Both the position numbers and the translations under genes were made by a program. Below are positions 58,879 to 64,000 of a stretch of 64,000 nucleotides of DNA, piece by piece. Positions within the stretch are counted from its first letter, which is position 1. Every line of letters starts with the position of its first letter. Under the pieces are notes generated by a model. The model was not told the DNA's origin. It saw only the letters and a list, made by a program, of their open reading frames with translations, and made no database searches. Origin of the DNA: Salinivirgaceae bacterium (GTDB taxonomy: Bacteria > Bacteroidota > Bacteroidia > Bacteroidales > SZUA-534); contig JAGCNL010000076.1 in the NCBI GenBank assembly GCA_017645945.1, positions 59,673 to 123,672 on the forward strand, given 5' to 3'.

Positions 58879-59802
58879 TCAGTTATTCATCCCGATAGCT
58901 ATCGGGACTTCAGTCATCGGCTTGCCGTCCTTCATATCGTTCACAATATCAAACTCATATGTATCATACGAGCGGGCCGAGAAGTAGCCCAAACCATTGG
59001 GTTTCTCCTTGTCTTTATTAATAATATTGGTGCAGACGTTGGCTGGCGGACCGGAAAAAAGTCCGGTTTGGCCAACTGTTTCGGTGTAAAGCTGGCTCAC
59101 AAAATTATAATAACCAATGCTGATGGTCACCAAATCGCAGCGCATGTGCGGGTTGTGCGGGATTGAATCCTCGTGTTCGGCGCTAAAAAGCACATCTTCG
59201 AAGTGCTCGCAGCCGTCCATATAGCTGGCGGTGCTGGCATACAGAACATCGTCGAACGTTGGGTTCCAGAGCGAATCGTTGAAATAATAGTAAATCAAAT
59301 ACTTATCATCAAAGTTTGGCTTCTCGGTGAATGTTGTGTAGAACCAATAGTAATACGCGCCTATATCGACACCATATTGCAGATTGGTGTACTCGTAATA
59401 AACTGTATCAATGGTATTTGGCTCAATCAGTTCATCGACAGCCTCATACTCACTGCCATCTTTCAACTTGATATTCAGCGTGTAAGTGCGGCCCGCTACG
59501 CCGAACACGTCAGGGGCGGTCAGGTAGTTGCCGGTGCTCTCGTCGTAGGTCAGCGGGAAAATGTTGCCCTCGCTGTCGGTGATGGTGACAAGGGCTCCCT
59601 CTTCAGGCGCTGCCGGCTGGTTGTAGAAGTACGATGTGGAGCGCGTCAGGCGAACGCTGTGCTGCATTGTGTCGGTCGAAATGTAGCCTTCAACCACAAG
59701 GCGGTTGTTCTCGCCCTCGTTCAGGTCGATGTCTATTTTCTCAGTGCAGGCCGTTCCCAGCACCGCACTCAAAATTCCGATTGTCAATATATTGTGTTTC
59801 AT
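58879..59802 (-). CDS. DUF4249 lipoprotein, copy 1
   Basis: Lipobox GTAC; RLVVEGYI, VRLTRS, GRTYTLNI, PPANVCTNI...LGYF. Confidence 0.8.
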   Translation of the reverse strand: MKHNILTIGILSAVLGTACTEKIDIDLNEGENNRLVVEGYISTDTMQHSVRLTRSTSYFYNQPAAPEEGALVTITDSEGNIFPLTYDESTGNYLTAPDVFGVAGRTYTLNIKLKDGSEYEAVDELIEPNTIDTVYYEYTNLQYGVDIGAYYYWFYTTFTEKPNFDDKYLIYYYFNDSLWNPTFDDVLYASTASYMDGCEHFEDVLFSAEHEDSIPHNPHMRCDLVTISIGYYNFVSQLYTETVGQTGLFSGPPANVCTNIINKDKEKPNGLGYFSARSYDTYEFDIVNDMKDGKPMTEVPIAIGMNN

Positions 59803-59806
59803 TGTT

Positions 59807-62155
59807 TTAGAATTTAAAGTTGTAGGTTACCGATGGGAAGATGCTGAACATATAGAGTTTTTCGGCAGTCATCACCGACGGGTCGTGCTCGTCCTGCTCA
59901 AACATAATGCTGGCCGCGTTGTGGCGGTTATAGACATTGTAAATCGACAGGTTCAGATTCTGCTCGAGCCAAGGTTTGCCTTTGCGCTCGACGGTTTTCA
60001 GGTCGAATGTTGCCGAAAGGTCGAGGCGGTGGAAATCAGGCAACCGCAAGGCATTGCGCTCAGCATAGACCGGAGCAATAACACCGTTGTACTCGAAGCG
60101 CCCTGTTGGCAGAGTGCGCGGCGCACCGGTTGAATAAACCCAGTTGAGCGACACGTGCAGGCGCGGCAGCACATCGTATGTGGCCACAACCGACAGGTCG
60201 TGCGGCTTGTCGTAGTTCGACGGATAATACTCCTCGTTGTTGATGGTTGCAACTTTTGTGTAGGTGCGCGAGTAGGTGTAACTAATCCAACCCGTGAACT
60301 TGCCTTCCTGCTTCTTCAGCATCAGCTCAAGACCGTAAGAGTAGCCCTCGCCGACGCGGATTTGCGAGGCAATGTCGTCGCTGACAAACATATCGGCATG
60401 GTCCTTGAAATCGACCACGTCGTACATCTTCTTATAGTAAGTCTCAGCCGAAAAAGCGTATGCATCTTGCTGGAAATTATGGAAATATCCCAACGATACC
60501 ATCTGGCAGCGCTCTGGCTTCACATTGGGGTTGCTGGCAAACCATGAGTCGATTGGCAGCGGCGACATGGTGTTGCTGGCCAGGTGCACATACTGGTAGG
60601 TCTGCTGGAAGTTGGCCTTGATGCTGTTGTGGTCGGTCAGGCGGACGTTGAGCGAAAAACGCGGCTCAAATCCTTTATAGGTATTGAAAACGCCTTTGCC
60701 ATGGTGCGTCGTATCGACAATATTATAATTCTCGTCGAGGTTCACCACATCGGCTTTGCCAAGATTCTGCAACATCGACAGGCGAATGCCGTAGTCAACA
60801 TCGATAAGTCCGCCGATTTTTGCCTCGTTCGACAGGTAAATGGCGTGCTCGAGTGACTTGTTGTATTCCGACACGTTTTTCATGTAGTTGGGGCTGTTGG
60901 CTCCGGCCTTCACAATAAATGGTGTGAACTTGTGGTAGGTTGATTGGAAACCGCCCTTGATGGTGCTCTTGGGGTTGGCGAAGAATGTCAGGTCGCCCTT
61001 GAGGTTCCAGTCGCGGATTGACGACTCCCAACGGGTATCGCTCTCCTCAAGTCCGTACATGAAATGCGAGTAGATGACCGACAGATTCGAGAACAAACGG
61101 TCACTGAACAAGTGATTGTAACGTGTTGTGAGAGTGCGGTTTCCGTAGTCAATCTGCATCGCGCCAGCGTAGTTCATCACATCGCGTCCAAAATAACCCG
61201 AGGCGAACAGGCGGTTGTTGTCGTTCACCTTGAAGTTCACCTTCGCGTTCATATCGTAGAAATAGAGCTTGGTGTCGTCAGGAATCTGGTCGCGGTAGAG
61301 CGGGAAGAAGATGTCCATATACGAGCGGCGCCCCGAAACGATGAACGAGCAGCGGTCCTTAATAATCGGGCCATCGACAGTCAGACGGCTCGAGAGCAGT
61401 CCAATGCCGCCGTTCACGCCGAACTTCTGCGGGCTTCCCTCCTTCATGCGCACGTCGAGCAACGACGAAAGGCGGCCGCCATACTCAGCAGGCATTCCGC
61501 CCTTGTAGAACTTTACATCCTTCAAGGCATCGTTGTTGAACACTGAGAAAATTCCGAACAAGTGGGCCGCATTGTAAACGGTGGCCTCGTCGAGCAGCAT
61601 CATGTTCTGTCCCGTACCGCCGCCGCGCACGTTGTAGCCGATGAATCCCTCGCCCGAAGTGCCAACGCCCGGCAGAAACTGGATGCTCTTGATGACATCG
61701 GTCTCGCCGAACAGCGCGGGGATGCTCTTGATGGTTGCAATCTGCAGCTTCTCCATTCCCATATCGGGCCGCACCAGATTGCGGTTGAGCTTCTCGCCCT
61801 GCACATCAACCTGAGCAATCTCGGTTGAAGTGGTCTCAAGGCTGAAGTTCACCTTGATGTTCTGTTTGAGGCTGATTTTCTTTGACATAGGCGTGTAGCC
61901 GATGAATTGTGCAACCAGCTCGTAGTCGCCGTCGGCCACCGTGAGGCTGTAGAAGCCGTAAGTGTTGGTGGTGGTTCCCGAACCCAATTCCTTGATGTAA
62001 ACCGTTGCGCCAATCAGCTCCTCGCCCGTCGACGCATCAGACACTGTGCCGCTAATTGTGTGTTTTCCTTGCGGAACATTCGCCGCAAGTTGTTGTGGCA
62101 CTGCTGTTTTTGCTGTCAGCACAAAAATGCCCAACAGCCAGATAATTTTTTTCAT
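59807..62155 (-). CDS. TonB-dependent receptor (non-SusC type)
   Basis: ISGTVSDASTGEELIGATV; P.LFGETDVIKSIQFLPGV; VRGG; YKGGMPAEYGGRLSS; ends in PSVTYNFKF. Start set at ATG 62155; TATATTTG at 62325-62318. Confidence 0.92.
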   Translation of the reverse strand: MKKIIWLLGIFVLTAKTAVPQQLAANVPQGKHTISGTVSDASTGEELIGATVYIKELGSGTTTNTYGFYSLTVADGDYELVAQFIGYTPMSKKISLKQNIKVNFSLETTSTEIAQVDVQGEKLNRNLVRPDMGMEKLQIATIKSIPALFGETDVIKSIQFLPGVGTSGEGFIGYNVRGGGTGQNMMLLDEATVYNAAHLFGIFSVFNNDALKDVKFYKGGMPAEYGGRLSSLLDVRMKEGSPQKFGVNGGIGLLSSRLTVDGPIIKDRCSFIVSGRRSYMDIFFPLYRDQIPDDTKLYFYDMNAKVNFKVNDNNRLFASGYFGRDVMNYAGAMQIDYGNRTLTTRYNHLFSDRLFSNLSVIYSHFMYGLEESDTRWESSIRDWNLKGDLTFFANPKSTIKGGFQSTYHKFTPFIVKAGANSPNYMKNVSEYNKSLEHAIYLSNEAKIGGLIDVDYGIRLSMLQNLGKADVVNLDENYNIVDTTHHGKGVFNTYKGFEPRFSLNVRLTDHNSIKANFQQTYQYVHLASNTMSPLPIDSWFASNPNVKPERCQMVSLGYFHNFQQDAYAFSAETYYKKMYDVVDFKDHADMFVSDDIASQIRVGEGYSYGLELMLKKQEGKFTGWISYTYSRTYTKVATINNEEYYPSNYDKPHDLSVVATYDVLPRLHVSLNWVYSTGAPRTLPTGRFEYNGVIAPVYAERNALRLPDFHRLDLSATFDLKTVERKGKPWLEQNLNLSIYNVYNRHNAASIMFEQDEHDPSVMTAEKLYMFSIFPSVTYNFKF

Positions 62156-62582
62156 TCCGATAGTTTTATTTTTTTTCACGCCCTATTGATGCGGAAAACC
62201 TCAAAAGGTTGCAGTTGGTTGCAATTTTTTTTCGATTTTTTTTGACATCAATCGTCAGTACATTATCAAATATCACAGGTTCAATATTTTATATTCTGCC
62301 ATATTTTTTTCGGGGGGCAAATATATTACAATATTGCGTGCAACTGGGTTGCAAACACAAAATCATAAGCCGATTTGCGCAATTCAAACCTGACGCTTGT
62401 CGGATTTTGTTCCCTCCTTTTTTTAAAATGTATCCGCACCGTTTTTTAATGACAATCGTACCGAATAACAATTATATTTGTGATAGTTTGTTGAAACGCT
62501 TAAAACGCTTAAAACACTTTAAAACAAAGGATTAGTAAAAAGGATTTATTTATAACGACATAACTATTTTTCGCGTCTGAAG

Positions 62583-62785
62583 AAAAAAAGCCCGGAAAAC
62601 TTGATTTCTTTTGAAGTCGGAAAATGCGCCTAACCACCTGTTAGTTAGCACCTTTACAATTACCTAAAGTTCGCTTGGTGCGGGCTTCTATGGGTGATTG
62701 TGACGGGTTTTCTTTCCGGGCTTCCCGTTAGACGCGAATAGAAAGGCAACGCACCTTTTTATTTCCCGATATGTGATTGATAGTC
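62583..62785 (-). ncRNA. Probable structured ncRNA resembling the Bacteroidales-1 RNA motif
   Basis: Non-coding segment closed by the long-range stem AAGCCCGGAAA/TTTCCGGGCTT plus a T-run. Core reads CCCGTCACAATCACCCATAGAAGCCCGCACCAAGCGAAC...TGTAAAGGTGCTA...GTTAGGCGCATTTTCCGACTT. TAGTTTTG -7 element at 62798-62791. Family assignment is from memory of the motif, not from a covariance search. Confidence 0.6.
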
Positions 62786-62807
62786 AGTCGCAAAACTATC
62801 AACCACA

Positions 62808-64000
62808 ATGCTCTACGAAAATATCCGCGAGGAGTCGCTCAAACTGAAGGTTGCCGCCGACTGGTTTCCAAAATTCGACTGCACCGACATAATTGGCCGT
62901 ATCGATTTTGCGGTAAAAATCAGACGTACCGACAACGCCATCGATTTTGGCGACGAGTATCTGCTTTGGGCGGAGGCCAAACAGCAGCCAACCGACATTT
63001 ACCGGATGCTGGCGCAACTGATTATCACCATTAAAGCCGACGCCGCCGACCGCGTGCCACCGAAGTTTATCGGCTGTTTCGACAACGAGAAAATCGCCTT
63101 TGTGGAGTATCACAATGTGCTGCCCATTCATCAAATCAACGATTTCAACTGGACGCAAACGCCGTCGGCCGTTGATGATAAAACCATTGAAACTGTGCGT
63201 AATACGATAAGTACCGAAAAGGTTTTCAGTTTCAATTTCGAGACCGACAGCATGGAATTGCGCAATTTCTTGAAAGCCAATTTCAACCTCGACGCCGCCA
63301 CCAATCTGCTCTCGACGCTTATCGACAAAAACAATTTCATCTTCGTATATCAGAAATGGCTGAAACAAGTGATGCCAAAAATCAATGTTGATTGGGCGGT
63401 GCTGAAGAAAAACTACGGCATTTACGACCGCGATTTCTTCCTGGCCGAACTCAATATCGATGATAACGGAACTGCCGAAGTATATGACGACGAGACAGTT
63501 AACGAGAATTTCTACGTCACTTTCAACTCCGCCGACTCAAAGCCTTACGAACTGATTCGCAAAGACGGTTTCGGGCTTGACGCTTCGTATAAATTTGGAT
63601 TCAAAAGCGATGGTTTACAACAATATACCGAATTTTGGAAACGGTATAAGCGACCGCCCGAAAACGAGTATTGGAAATATATTTTGGAGCGAATCGATTT
63701 GCTTGTGCCGCAGGATGTTCGCGAACGCAAAGGTGCGTTTTTCACACCGCAGATTTGGGTTGAAAAGTCGCAACAATACCTTGCCGATGTTTTGGGTGCG
63801 AACTGGCAGGATGAGTATTATGTTTGGGACTGCTGCGCCGGCACTGGCAACCTATTGAACGGCTTGAACAACAAATATAATGTGTGGGCAAGCACGCTCG
63901 ACCAGCAGGACGTTGACGTTATGCACGAGCGCATACGTAACGGCGCCAACCTTTTGGATAGCCATGTTTTTCAATTCGACTTCCTAAACGACGATTTCAG
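62808..64000 (+). CDS. Fused endonuclease/N6-adenine methyltransferase, Type IIG/IIL restriction-modification (BBE02-like); 5' part, runs off the window end
   Basis: Missing from the ORF track (no stop). Manual translation: MLYENIREESLK...IDFAV...WAEAK (PD-(D/E)xK-like nuclease), RERKGAFFTP (motif X), VWDCCAGTGNL (SAM-binding motif I), FQFDFLNDDF. Confidence 0.85.
   Translation, partial: MLYENIREESLKLKVAADWFPKFDCTDIIGRIDFAVKIRRTDNAIDFGDEYLLWAEAKQQPTDIYRMLAQLIITIKADAADRVPPKFIGCFDNEKIAFVEYHNVLPIHQINDFNWTQTPSAVDDKTIETVRNTISTEKVFSFNFETDSMELRNFLKANFNLDAATNLLSTLIDKNNFIFVYQKWLKQVMPKINVDWAVLKKNYGIYDRDFFLAELNIDDNGTAEVYDDETVNENFYVTFNSADSKPYELIRKDGFGLDASYKFGFKSDGLQQYTEFWKRYKRPPENEYWKYILERIDLLVPQDVRERKGAFFTPQIWVEKSQQYLADVLGANWQDEYYVWDCCAGTGNLLNGLNNKYNVWASTLDQQDVDVMHERIRNGANLLDSHVFQFDFLNDDF

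Noticed and set aside
62583-62760. SAM-I or cobalamin riboswitch interpretation (AAGGTGCTAA, GGGAAGCCCGG)
   Set aside because: Core elements (AUC..GA P1/GCAACC; B12 box) are missing. The element ends in its own terminator-like stem, and the TonB gene has a separate promoter.
62799-63368. 189-aa minus-strand ORF
   Set aside because: Antisense to the motif-bearing restriction-modification frame starting at 62808.
1-64000. CRISPR array, prophage, IS element, integrase, or reverse transcriptase/DGR
   Set aside because: No repeat-spacer array and no cas, transposase, recombinase or RT motifs seen. The S74 domain lies in a T9SS cargo gene without phage neighbours.

Overview
Chromosomal window from a Bacteroidota (Bacteroidales-like) organism, based on SusC/SusD pairs, T9SS cargo, TAnnTTTG promoters and the long IspG. 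Order of content: (1) 5' part of a BspA-type LRR surface protein, then rnhB, an outer-membrane barrel with a DUF4270-like lipoprotein, maf, modF and ung. (2) A ~30.5 kb glycan-transporter island with five SusC/SusD pairs and no recognisable CAZyme. It comprises two tandem copies of a susC-susD-susC-susD-DUF5627 cassette resembling the xylan xusABCDE cluster (one DUF5627 gene carries a CBM4-like insert), a hybrid two-component regulator that has lost almost all of its periplasmic sensor, and a divergent susCD pair preceded by a 21-bp-period operator-like array. (3) ispG, ribE, a membrane protein, initiator tRNA-Met, a SPOR protein and pepO. (4) An AT-rich cassette in which a TPR-TM-LuxR-like receptor is divergent from a small DUF3244-like secreted protein, an S74/T9SS protein, a T9SS protein and an M43 metalloprotease. 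(5) Two LPP20-like genes, YitT, a second TPR-HTH regulator and a TonB receptor with two DUF4249 lipoproteins. (6) A probable structured ncRNA and the 5' part of a fused Type IIG/IIL restriction-modification gene. All family assignments come from motif recognition by eye; no database search was run.
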